From Chlorokybus atmophyticus (Eukaryota; Plantae; Mesostigma and Chlorokybus algae): a stretch of 64,000 nt of DNA. The stretch spans positions 681,064 through 745,063 of the forward strand of contig RHPI01000797.1 of the NCBI GenBank assembly GCA_009103225.1, in the 5' to 3' direction. Below are positions 41,640 through 57,801 of this stretch, in pieces. Position 1 is the stretch's first letter, and the number at the start of each line of letters is the position of its first letter. The translations under genes and the position numbers were made by a program. Below the pieces are notes generated by a model that saw only the letters and a program-made list of their open reading frames with translations, was not told where the DNA came from and did no database searches.

Positions 41640-44587
41640 ATGGCAGCGGCGGCGGTGGTGGCGGTGGAGGCTGGGACGACAGCCATGCTGTTGGTAGGGT
41701 CCTCGTTGCCATCATCGTCGTATGCCAGTCGTGCTTTGACGTCCCCGAGCTTGACCGCGCCGCGGCGGCCGCGAGCTAGGCGCAGGCGCTGGCATGGGTC
41801 CCACGCACCATCGTCCCCGGGTCAAAGGTGTGCAAGAGGCTTGGGTGCAGCGGAAACGAGCTGAGCTGTCTTGCGTGTGTGATACGTACAAGCATGAACA
41901 GTGTACATAATGTACTGTCAAAGATGCTTACACCAGGCTAATCATGCACGTTTGGTTGAAAGACAGTTGCAGCCTCATGCAGCAAAGCTTGCTGCATGAG
42001 GTTGTTGGACAAACCCCCCTCGGCATGGCTGCTTACGTAATGAACTCAGTCAATGTGTCTACTCTTCTTGACAACAACACAAAAGCGTCACAACCAAGCA
42101 TAGTGAGCACTGCCTGCATAATAACCAGCACCAGTGCTCATGCTTCAAGCCATATTCGTGCACTTGTGCCAATATTTTCCTTCGCCACCCCACGCCACCC
42201 CACCCACCGCCTCACCGGCACCCAGTTACACCCACCCACGCACACGCACGCACACACAGAGTCAACTCTCAAATAATACTGCAATGCAGTGGGTCCATGG
42301 GACCAATTGTTTGCGCTGGCGGCGTGCGCGACGGTGGAGGCAGGGAGGGCGGCTTCATGTTCGACTTCTCTGTCGGGGGGAAGGGGTCAGGGGCAGCCTC
42401 GCAATTTGCAGACATGGCGGTGCTCGCGCAACTACGGGTCAGTCGACCACAGCCAGACAGCGTGTCTTTGCACAATCACCGCATCTTGCTCAACGATGTG
42501 TGGCTTACCAACCAGGTGTATGCGTGCTCATGCTCGTATGCGCGCATGTGCGCTACACGCGTGTGAGAGTGTGCTTGTGTGCACTAGATGTCTTCTACAG
42601 GTCACCCGCATACCACACAAACAGGACTTGACATGTGCGCTATGTACGCTCTTAGTACTCTCCTATGCTACTGACCAGAGTCCTATCTTAAGTACTTGAC
42701 TACATCTGCGGCCTTTCTCTCATTCTGACTCGCGCAGGCGTTGGGCTGTGGGGAGGTGCTGTCGAGGCCGCGCGAGGTGCACTTTAGCGGCTCCACCAAC
42801 GAGGCTTACGAGTTCAAGTGCTCCAATGGCAACTTCTTTGTAAAAATAAACAGGTGCATGATCTGCCATTTGCTAAAACAACACGTGCGAGACAGATTTC
42901 TCAACAATTCCAAACCCAAATGCAGGCACTTTACTGCTGAGCAGCTCTTTGAGGGGGAGGCTGCCGGGTGAGCAATGAGCAAGAAGTCCTGCAACGTGTA
43001 TGTATGCACTGAGTGGGGTTGTGTGAGTGTTGTTGTGTCGTCTCAGACTCTGTCAGATTGCAGGCTATGATAGAGTCGGCCGGAGCATTGAAAGTGCCGA
43101 AGCCCCTTGCTTGCGGCGACCTCCCCGATGGTGCCGGCTCATACCTTGTCATGGAGCACATTGCCGTGAGGCCCTTTGGCATGGTACATACACACAAAGC
43201 ACACAATCACATGTTCTGAGCGCTGCTGTGTGGAACATGAAGCTGAGTCAGTGCCATCCAGTAGTGCTTACTCGAAAGCATTATGTGTATTCGTGTTATC
43301 TGGCCTTACACTGACAATGATGTGGTGTTGTGTGACAGATCCAACCGACTTCTCAGGAGTCTTTGGGGCGTCTTCTGGCCAGCATGCACGTGACGAGTAT
43401 TGGCACTCAGGAGCGGTACGGGTTCTCGTGCAACACAAGGTACGGCTGGCGTATGAAAACAGCTCTCATGCGCAATCTTTACACGTGATGTGCGAAACCC
43501 ACCCATGCTGCTGCTGCAGCTTAGGCATCATGCCTCTTGCGAACGAGTTGAATAACTCGTGGGCTGACTTTTTTATGGATCAGCGATTAGACCTGCGGCT
43601 ACAGGTTGGTTTACTGTTTTTTCCTATGTCAGTGTGTTGTGTGTTGCGTACTGCCTTACCTTGACAGCAACTTGGTCCTTTAGCTACTGTCACCAATCCT
43701 GCGTGTTGTATTGTGTTGTGTTGTGTGGCCGTGCAGCAAGTGTGCGAGCGGTTGGGTGAGGACGCCCGAGCGGACGAGTTGCGCGAGGCGTACGGCCGCG
43801 TGTGTTCCCGTGTGAAGGGCGTGCTCAAGGTGTGCGAGGCTGCCTGCCGCCCGTGCGTCCTGCACGGCGACTTGTGGGTGCGAAAGTGAGACGGGGATGG
43901 TGGCTGCGGTTATGTTGTGGGGTGGGGTTGATGTTGCTGATGTTGGTTGTGGGTGTTAGTTGGGCAACTCGGGGTTGAGCCGTGTGGGAGAGGTCGCCAT
44001 CTTCGACCCGGCGTGCTTCTATGGCCACTCTGAGTTTGGTGAGCAGGCTGGCATGATGGTTGTATGCACCGTCTGTGTTGCGGTCAATGATACACCGCCC
44101 TGATTGCATGTTGTGTACAGATTTGGCATTTCGAGACTGGCCAGTTCCAGGCCAGGGCTTTCCAGGCTTCTGTAAGTGTATACAAACTGTATGCATCCAC
44201 ACATGCTTTTGCTTTGTCTCTCCTGCTGATACCTGATAGACATGAACATGAAAAGCAACATCTGCAAGGCTACAAGCAGATGTCATTATTGGGTACCCTC
44301 CATACTAACTCGTAATCCTAAATGCAGCGGATGCGTTTTATGCAGCCTATCACGAGGTGCTCCCGCGTCAGGACGGCTTTGAAGTCCGTCACGCTGTCTA
44401 CCAGCTGTTTCATCTGCTCAATCACATGGCTATATGTATGTGCACCCGTGCTTGTTGTTCACTCGTCGTCAAGGTGAAAGGTGTTACTGCATCGTTTTGT
44501 TGAGCTGCGCACGTGTGAGCAGATGGAGAGCAGTACATGCCAGCGGTGCTGCAGACTATGCAGAGGCTGGACAAGGAGCTGTTGTGA
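41640..44587 (+). CDS. Fructosamine/ketosamine-3-kinase family protein with probable plastid transit peptide
   Basis: FFVKINR, LFEGEAAGLQAM, LKVPKPLACG..SYLVMEHI, LGRLLASMH, WADFFMDQRL, PCVLHGDLW, IFDPACFYGHSEFDLA, FYAAYHEVLPRQDGFEVRHAVYQLFHLLNH. The first exon is Ala/Ser/Arg-rich. Confidence 0.9.
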
Positions 44588-44972
44588 CAGCACTGGGGCT
44601 ATGCACCACACCCGAGATAGGGGATTGCCAAGGCATGATAGCTGCACAGTCCTTTCTAATTGTTGAAGCATGAAGAGTCATGTACACATGAGCATGTATG
44701 ATACAGCACCCAGTACACAATGCTGTGAATGTGGGTTCAGTGCCTGCCACTGAAGACTTCGCTCGTGCAAGTGGACTGATTCATGCCTCATATAAATCCT
44801 CGGCATCCGTTTTGATCAGTGTTGTGTCAACAATGAATCACGTGCATGTGTTACCTGCATCTGAGGCCTTGCAGAAAAGACACAGCAGCAACAACTCATG
44901 CCATAATCCGACAACCCAACGCAATGCAAGAGATGTACACAGGTGGAAATGCGGATGGGATACCCTGTCCAC

Positions 44973-47900
44973 TCAGTAATCTCGGGCGAGGAAGGCGGCG
45001 AGCTCCTCCTCCTCGTCGGTCTTCTTCTTGGCGCCCTCTCCGTCGGCCTTCTTCTTATTCTGGCGAGGGGGCTCGCTGCGGAACATCACGGGCTTCCCCG
45101 TCTTCTTGTGCACCGGCGCCTGCGCACGCTCCAGACTCCGCTGCACCCTCCGCTCCTGCAAAAGTCGATGCACCCAGGCCCGTGTCAGCAAATGATGCGA
45201 ACATGTGGGACTGAGTGCGACATTTGGGAGGCAGAGAGTGCGAACAAGCGGTGTCTAGATACCAGATGGTAACATAAGCGTGTGCTGTCAATGTGTGTAG
45301 CCACACGCGCACGCACACACGCATGCACACGAGCGCGAGCGCACACACACACACAGTCACGCACACACACATGATCATCCTCTCTCACCTGTTCTCGCTT
45401 CTGTGCTTCCAGCTTCTCCTCTCTGGTTCGCTGCCTCCTCTCCTTCTCCCTGTGCCTCTCCCCCTGCTCCACAACCTCCGCCGGTAGCGCGTCGCACGCC
45501 GCAAGGTGCTCCTCCAGCCTCGCCTCGATGTTGGTCAGCATCTGCAACGCCGACAGCGCCACGCTCGCGCTCGCCCTCTCACCCGACGATGTTGTTGTTG
45601 TTGTTGTGTTGTTTGCGTTGTTGCCTGAAGTTGTTGTTGATGTTGTTGTTGTTGATGCTGTGCTGCCCACCCCATCCGCGTCGAACCCGCAGCGCGCGTA
45701 CACCTCCGCCACCTTCGCAGTGAGCTCCTCCAGACTGGTCTCACGACGGTTGTTGCTGTTGTTGTTGGTGCTGCTGTTGATGTTGTTGCTGCTGTTGCTG
45801 GTATTGTTGTTGCTGTTGCCGTTGTTGTTGCCTCCAAGAATAACACCTCCACCCTCCTGCCCATTCGCCCTTATGTCCAACAACCTGCACGTTGGGACAC
45901 AGTGTTAATGTTGCAGCAACTCAACATGCTGCTATTGTTGTTGTTGTTGTGGCTTGCTTATTGTGACCATCATATCCACACACCTGCCCTTCTCTTCTTC
46001 TAGTTTGATGGCGTCCTGCAGCTGCCTTATCTGCGACGTGAGCGACTCGGACTCGGCGTCCATGCGCGCGCGGGTGTCGCGGTACTTGGCCTTGAGCTCC
46101 TCCAGGGCCTCCTCCGTCTCCTGGCAGTTCTGTATCAAGAACAAGTTCTGCTCCTCCAGCTGAGCGAAAACGTCCAGAAGCTGCCGAGGATGCTTGAAGT
46201 GCATCTCATCAACCACAGGAGGGTTTATGTTGCTGTTGGTGTTGGTGGTGGTAACGTTGTCTTTGGTCAAGTCTTTGTCTGTCTGTCCCTCTGATGCGGG
46301 CACATCTGTTGTTGCTATTGCGGTTGGCGCAGAGTCTGAGGGAGATGTTGTCTTGGAGCTTTGTTGGGTTTGTGCTGCTTGTTGTGCTTGTTGCGCTTGT
46401 TGTTGCATGAGGAGGAGCTGTTGTTGGACTTGTTGTTGGGCGGTCCAGAACTCGGGCGGCGTGAGGGCGTCAAGGAATGTGCGGTACTTGCGGCAGTCCT
46501 CAAGCTGCTCCTCGTATTTGTTGAGCTCGCTCCGGATCGCAGCTATCGCCGCTGTCAACCGCTTTATCTCATGCACCTGCAAGTCATGCACAATCGGTCA
46601 CTCGACACCACGCGGTGCTGCCACCACTATGTTGGCTACAGCACTGAAGCTACTGAATGCATCTGATGTAAGTTAACTGAGTGAAAGAACTCACAACAGC
46701 TCAACTGTATCACTAACAGTAGAACAACAGGGCTACTTGATCCATCAACTTCAAGTGCACTTGTTGATGACCGATATACATTGACATTGTGACACGCAAA
46801 CGCGCACCCACCCACCCACCCACCCACATTCACCCACCTTATCTTGTTTGGCCTTAGCCTCCATCTCCGCTCTCTTGATCGCCTCCTGTACCTTCTCATC
46901 ATTTTCCTTCAAGAACGCATCAAACCTCAGCGCATCCTCCTCTAGCATCGCCTCAGACTTCACGAGCGCCTCCTCTCTCTGCAAAGCCCTCTCCTCCAGC
47001 TTCCTTATCTCCGCCCTCTTAGTGTCCAAACTCATCTGGACTAGGAAGATCTCACGCTTCTTGGCTATGAAGTCGGACATGTTCTCCTTCTCTTTGCGAC
47101 GGTGAGAGTGAGCGCCCTCGCTGGTCATGGCAGCCTCAGCGACCAAGTCCCTGTTGTTGTTGTCGTTGTTGTGATGGTTATCTTTCTCCTTGTCTTTGTC
47201 GTTGTCGGCCTCTCTGTCCCATTGTTTGTAGAGTTGGCGTAAGGATACGGCGGAGCCGTCGGCGGCGCCGTCGCCGGCTTGGTCGAGCGTGCGGGCCATA
47301 CGAGAGGCAAACGTGGACTTGGAGGCAACACCACCCTTGGATTGGGTGGTCCCACCCTTAGCGCCCTTGGCGTCCTTCCTGATGTTGATGGGTGGGTGGG
47401 TGGCTGGGTGGGTGGGTGGCTGGGAATATGCAGACGTGCTTGTACAAAAGCACACTACAAACCTCAAACTCTTTCTCTCGCATGCGTGCGTGCGTGCGTG
47501 CGTGCGTGCGAGGATTGAAGCATGCGCGCATACACACACGCATGCTACATTGCATTCGGGTGTGTGCGCGTGTGTGTTACAGAGCAACTTGTCATGCACC
47601 GTTTGAGGCTTGCGGCGCGGTGAAAGAGTTGCGCGTCCGTGGGGACGGCGAAGGGGTTGGAGGCGAGCTGGCGCGCAGCGTTGGCGTCCAAGTAGCTGCG
47701 CAGGACGATGCGCGATCAAGTTCATGTCACAAACATAGACGGCTTACATGCGCGGGTGCAGGTGTGCACTGGGTGTTGTGTATATATGCATATACAACAC
47801 AAGTGTGCGAGCGCGCGTGTGCATGCACGTACTCGTCTTCGTCGTCCGTAGAGGCGTCATTGTCGCTTGTGCGGCGATCATCCTAACCGAAGCAACACAA

Positions 47901-48390
47901 AGTCAGATGTGATGTCGTCCTATCATTGAACAAAATACTTGCCTGCACGTATGACACAACATCACGGCCATTACCAACATGGCTCACTTACCTCAATGGT
48001 TGTGACGGTGCGGGCTTTGCTGGCCAAACTGTTCTGCGACTGGGGCCTCGACGCCTGGATCATGAGAAATGTACCCACTAGTCAGTTTGAGCGCTTTCAA
48101 ACCAATATATAGATATGAAATGTGTCACATGTGTAGTGCAGGTGTGCAGATCTACCTTGACTGAGGCAGCGTGGTGGTCAGTGTTGTCCGTCACCGTGCT
48201 GCGCATCGACACCGTGCGCGACAATTGGGGAACCACAGCAACACCACCTGTAAAGTTACAAGTAATGTTGCGACTGAGGTGATTCTGTACTGTGTCATAC
48301 ACACAGATTGTTTCAATCTTATAGCGTTCATTGATGGTATGTGCTCAACTCCTGTCACACACCTTCCGCCTCCACAGACCCAGACGTCAT
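44973..48390 (-). CDS. CFAP100: Cilia- and flagella-associated protein 100 (FAP100/MIA1, DUF4200)
   Basis: NPFAVPTDAQLF, KENMSDFIAKKREIFLVQMSLDTKRAEIRKLEE..LEEDALRFDAFLKEND, FLDALTPPEFW, FKHPRQLLDVFAQLEEQNLFLIQNCQETEEALEEL, LQMLTNIEARLEE, KKTGKPVMFRSEPP. The N-terminal exons are less certain. Confidence 0.9.
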
Positions 48391-48955
48391 CTTCACCGCT
48401 TGATCTATGCCAATGCAATCCTCAGCGCCTCTTTCTCCTCCTTGTCGTTCTCCTTCTCCTCCACCGCCGCCGCCGCCGCCGCGGGCACCGTCGCCACCTC
48501 CTCCGCTGCTGCCACGTGGCCTTGTTGTTATTTTTAGCTGTGCAAGTTGGATCAGAATCGAGTAAAGAGTTCTACGGCTTCGCGCTAGGTTCGGCGATCC
48601 GGGTCAAGCGCACAAGGGGCTTGCTTGTGCGTCGTTTTGCTTGTGCGAAGCCGCACAAGAAACGGGAGGCGCTGACGCTTTCTCGCCTAGTCAGCACGTG
48701 GCTGGCACGGCGCCGACCACCGACGGTCGATGGTCGGTGTCATTGCTATCTAACCAAGATATGAGACAAACCGACTTCCCTGCCTAGACAGCGCGGTTTC
48801 GTTTAGAGAAGGGGCCTTTTAGACTTAACCGCGGCAAGGCTGGCATTGTCAGTGTAGACGAGGTGGGCGGCGAGGTGGCTGTGCCGCGTGGAGGGAGGGG
48901 CGGAGGGGGAGGAGGGGAGGAGGAGGAGGCTTGACGGGTGAGGTGTTGGTTGCCA

Positions 48956-53171
<4,216 letters not shown>

Positions 53172-53684
53172 GGAGGTGTCGTAAGTCTGCACGTATAGGT
53201 TACTCATTGGTGTATTGATTGATTGATGGGGAGAGACTTGGTGAAACAAGAGGGTGATAAGTGGGTGAGCAGGTGGATTAGCAGTATGTTTGATGCATAA
53301 AGAGGGTATGCGAGTGGTTTCCTTGAGTCGCTGCTGTTGCACAACTGGAGTGTAATTTTGGAGGAGCCGTGTAGTGTAGATGTACCGAACGCAGTGTTCT
53401 GTACTGTCTGTATTGAACGGGTTGTGCAGACTGAGAAATCATAGCACAGTGCTACCCTGTTTATGCGCTTGCTTGATTTCTTCCTTGGGTTGCTGCATCG
53501 GCACATTGCATGCGCGCGCGTGCATACGCACATGCATGCGTGTCTGGCTGCATGTGGGTGGGTGTGCGCATACGTGTGAGAGTACGTAGAAGCACTCACG
53601 CTTGCTCGTGTGTCGTACTGTATTGTGCGAATACAACCCCCCCTTTCAAACAACCCCACCCACCCACCCCACCCACCTGAAAAA

Positions 53685-53837
53685 NNNNNNNNNNNNNNNN
53701 NNNNNNNNNNNNNNNNNNNNNNNNNNNNNNNNNNNNNNNNNNNNNNNNNNNNNNNNNNNNNNNNNNNNNNNNNNNNNNNNNNNNNNNNNNNNNNNNNNNN
53801 NNNNNNNNNNNNNNNNNNNNNNNNNNNNNNNNNNNNN
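53685..53837. other. Assembly gap (N run) followed by a short G run
   Basis: N run read directly. Confidence 0.98.
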
Positions 53838-54121
53838 GGGGGGGGGGGGTCATTCGCACAAATACGATACTGTTACCAGTGGTACCAACAACTCTAAATT
53901 GGACACTCTTGCAAATCATGCGTGTGTTCAACTGCTACCAACCTAAACTGCTGATTTCCACCAGCTATTATTCATGGCGTGGTGCGGTCACTGTGAAATA
54001 GCCACATGCTATTATCTGTGACGACACAGCGTGACGGGCAGTGCAGAACCTTTGGTAGACTGCGTGCCTTCCTTCCCACCACACGCGCGACACTACCCGC
54101 AACGCCACGTTCTCATCTCTC

Positions 54122-55355
54122 TCAGCCCAGTGTGGCGGCAGCGGACGCGGAGCTCACGATCGACATCATCTCCACCTCAAGCAATAGCGCCGCATTGGGC
54201 GGAATCCTGTACACAGAAAAACCACAGGCATCAGACAACACAACATGTTGTGGATGTGTGAGGATGTGACACGTACAGGCCGGGGAGCCCTCGGGTGGCA
54301 TACGCAAGCTCGGGTGGCACCCTGCAACTGGCCTTCTCGCCCACACTCAACTGTGTTGGGGTTGCGTATCATATGTCCATTGCATCAATGAGTGTCTGCT
54401 GCTGGTTGAGACACGATGACTAGCCTGTATGACCAGCAGTGTAAGGTGACTACTACTTCAGAAAAAACCTCACCTGCTGCGCAATATGGTCCCACGCTGC
54501 ACATGCATACAGACGTAAGCAAGTGAGCGTGTGAGCGTCATGTTGGATGTGAACATCGTGTAGTTTTGATGGTGTTGTTATCGTGAAGCTCTTGTATCAC
54601 TCTGTGGCCTTGTACGAGATTGTGTCTATCTGTTTGCTACTTGATTGCCAGCACATTACATGCCTGGTATGACGGCGCCGGTCTGAACGCGAAAGCGGAA
54701 TGGCACGCCGCGCGAGTATGAGCTGTCAAACACCGTCCCGTCCTCAAGCTGAAAAACGAGAATTCAACACACCACCATTACCACCACCACCACCACCACA
54801 ACAACAACAACAACAACGACATTGTCGGTAGTGACAATGCCAGCAACAGTTGAGGCAGTAGCAGCAACAACAATAACAACAACAGTGACGACCTTAACGA
54901 CGACAACAATAACAACAACTCAGTGCATCCCACCTTGCCGACGTAGTGCATGGCGACGGTCTCCCCCGCCCGCGCGTAGTACTTTCCGTCTCCCGCCCGC
55001 AGGATGACCACGTCCAGATCAGTGCCGGCCCCGCCGCCGCCACCGATACCACCTCGACCCATCACCTGCTTGGGTGCGGCAGCATGTTGCTGGTGCTGTT
55101 GTAGTTGTTGGTGTTGTTGTGATCGATGTGTTTGTTGTTGCATCTAGGCTCAGTTGTTGGCATCGTGGCTGTTGTTGTAGCTGCGGCTAGTTGTTGTTGC
55201 AGTATTGTAGGCATGATGTTTTTGTTGTTCACTGGTGGTAATGCTCTTCGTCTTGTTGTTGTTGGTATTGAAAGTGTGACACAGGTCAAGTTGACGCTTA
55301 CGCTGGCTCGCCCTTTGGACAGGAAGCCTCCCCTCTGCCTCACTGCGGCCACCAT
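54122..55355 (-). CDS. Single-domain FKBP-type peptidyl-prolyl isomerase (start uncertain: 55355 or ~55060)
   Basis: GDGKYYARAGETVAMHYVGK|LEDGTVFDSSYSRGVPFRFRVQTGAVIP|AWDHIAQQ|LSVGEKASCRVPPELAYATRGLPGL|IPPNAALLLEVEMMSI. Confidence 0.88.
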
Positions 55356-55743
55356 GGGGCGGGAACTCCCCCTCTCATAAAACTACAACTCTTTCGCTCT
55401 CTCCGCCTCACTCTCACTCACTTACTCATTGACTCGCTTCGACTCATCTTGTCAACATACGCACTCCTGCGCTCAGTGTGACTCTGTCCCCAGCGAACCA
55501 GCTCTCCAGCTCATTATCACCCTCTTCAGAACGGGTATCATCGCGAACAACCAATCAATGTCCCCCGGCAGCAGTTGGCTTCCTGCCAGCAGCACGCCGC
55601 CGCCTGCTTTGGCCTGGCTTGGCCTGGCTTGGCCCGCTGCGGTCCGGTCATGCGAGTGTCACGTGCGCCGATCTGCTGCAGGATCGGGCGATTGGGAATA
55701 CCGGCTGTGCATCCTGTTTTCAACGTATTTTGCATAACATGCA

Positions 55744-55891
55744 CATGTATGGGGTAGAATAGAGCGGGGCCCCTAGTATTAGTAGCACTTGTCACAAGGT
55801 CACTTGTGACAAGTGCTAACATGTATAGGGTAGAATACAGCGGGGCCCCTAGTATTTGTAGCACTTGTCACAAGATCACTTGTGACAAGTG
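55744..55891. repeat. Two tandem ~76-bp units, each with GGGGCCCC, CTAG and a 13-16 bp perfect hairpin
   Basis: TAGCACTTGTCACAAG-GTCA-CTTGTGACAAGTGCTA (55783-55818) and CACTTGTCACAAG-ATCA-CTTGTGACAAGTG (55862-55891). Confidence 0.95.
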
Positions 55892-57801
55892 ATCTTGTCG
55901 ACTCCTTGCTTTAGCAGCTCGACAAACCAGTTTTCAAGTGCATAAGCCTGCGGTAGACGCACAGCGATATCTTGTACTTTAATAGCATAGGACAAACACT
56001 AGCAGCAAACACATGTGCTGTAGCCGTCCGTTGTACCGCTAAGCAGATGTTATACCGCTGTGTAGTTTACTAGTGTCAATGTGCTTTGCTGCGTTTAGCA
56101 AACATCATGTAATACTTTAACAGTCCTCATTTTAACAATGTTAAGTTAATATACTGGCGATTACGACATGAGGAAAGAAACACCGTAGTAGTTAACATAT
56201 ATGGTGGTCTTGTGTACATAACGGCCCATGCTTGCAACATAACTTTTTGGATGGCATGTACACGGTCTAACTATTAAAGAATTGATTAACGTCTACGGTT
56301 CTCGTGTATGTGGTATGATATTTTTGAAACATTTGATAAGGTGTATATTATGGCACATGCGCGTCCTACTTCGTATAATATTTTTCACAAGGCGCAATTG
56401 CTCCAGATTAAATATTTACTTGTATATGCGTATGTTGATAGATTATGCTAGCAGTAATTGGTGCACACTGCTATAACATACTTAATAAATGATAAACTTG
56501 TTGAATATATATAGCAGCTGTAAGTTGTCTTTAACATACAAGTCACATGTATTATGCGTACGGTAACAACACTTCTGTTTTTGCGTCACATTTGTGTATA
56601 TGACCTATACGAGGCATGTACTCTTGGCTATAGTGTAAATATGATAGCGATTTTTATGTAATGGTCAAAGCGCGGTATTACAAGTTGTAACGCATCTGTT
56701 GAATGGTTTACCATACGAAACTAGCATGTAATGTGGCTAACTCAAAAAACGTTAATAATGTTTCAACCAAAACATGTGCCTTGATGGAAACGTGCATGCA
56801 CAACGTTAATCAAGCGCAATGTGCTATTTAATTTAAATCATATTAATGCATGAGTAATCATATTATATATATGAACAATAAGCAACGCACGTAACAATGT
56901 CATGAAGCACAGTCCTCAGCATAGTCTTAAACAATGCTTGCTGACATGCTTGCAAGCAAAACGATACGTGTTTTGTAGCCACGCTGAGAATATTGATTGC
57001 GATGGTTGGTAATACAACTGAAATCATGTAACGTTATATAATATGCTCTGCTACCACTCGTATACTGCGTCGAGACTACTGTATGTACCCGAACATGGTT
57101 CCCCACCATTACCCTCCACAAATGATTGATTCCCCACAAAATGACCTCATACTCAATTAAGTATGGGTTTATTATGAATAAGGCTTGGTATGGATTCACC
57201 CACCAGGTGCTGCTCTTGCAATGCTTAAGAGGATATCACACTTAAAGAGGGAACCTGCTCTATTTTAAATGCTTGCACTTGATTGCTTATTGCATACTTT
57301 ACTTTCTACATGACGGTGGTTGGAGTGAGAACTGTCTGATAGGTCAGCGTCCTCATCGTCTGTTCATAAGTGTGCTGTGTCTGCTGGTAATTTAGGCCCC
57401 TTTGCTTTACACTAATACATGACTTGATGAGCATGTCACGTGGCCTCCCAGGTTCAGCACTTGTGACAGGCCAATGGGGAATACAAGCACGTGCAGAGAT
57501 GCCACAAAGGTCAGGAAACCAAATTGCACAGCGTACTGGTCTTCCTGTCTACCAGCAATTGTCAGCTTGTGATTCAAACCATACCACCATCCCATGCGGT
57601 GCTATAAAGAAATGACAGGATGCTCTGCGCGAAGTACTACTTGAGACATACAAGCACACCTCTTACCTAAGTGCTCTCAATGCTAAATTTGAGGTTGTCA
57701 ATGCTGCGGGAACCACTATTTCAAAGCTGAATACACATTTGCTTTCACCACAAACGCGCGAGCAAGTCTCTTGCGACTCTGGTTGCCTCGCGCGGTATGT
57801 A

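Noticed and set aside
55744-55891. CRISPR-like palindromic repeats
   Set aside because: Only two units, the inter-hairpin sequence is also duplicated (no unique spacer), no cas genes, and the context is eukaryotic.
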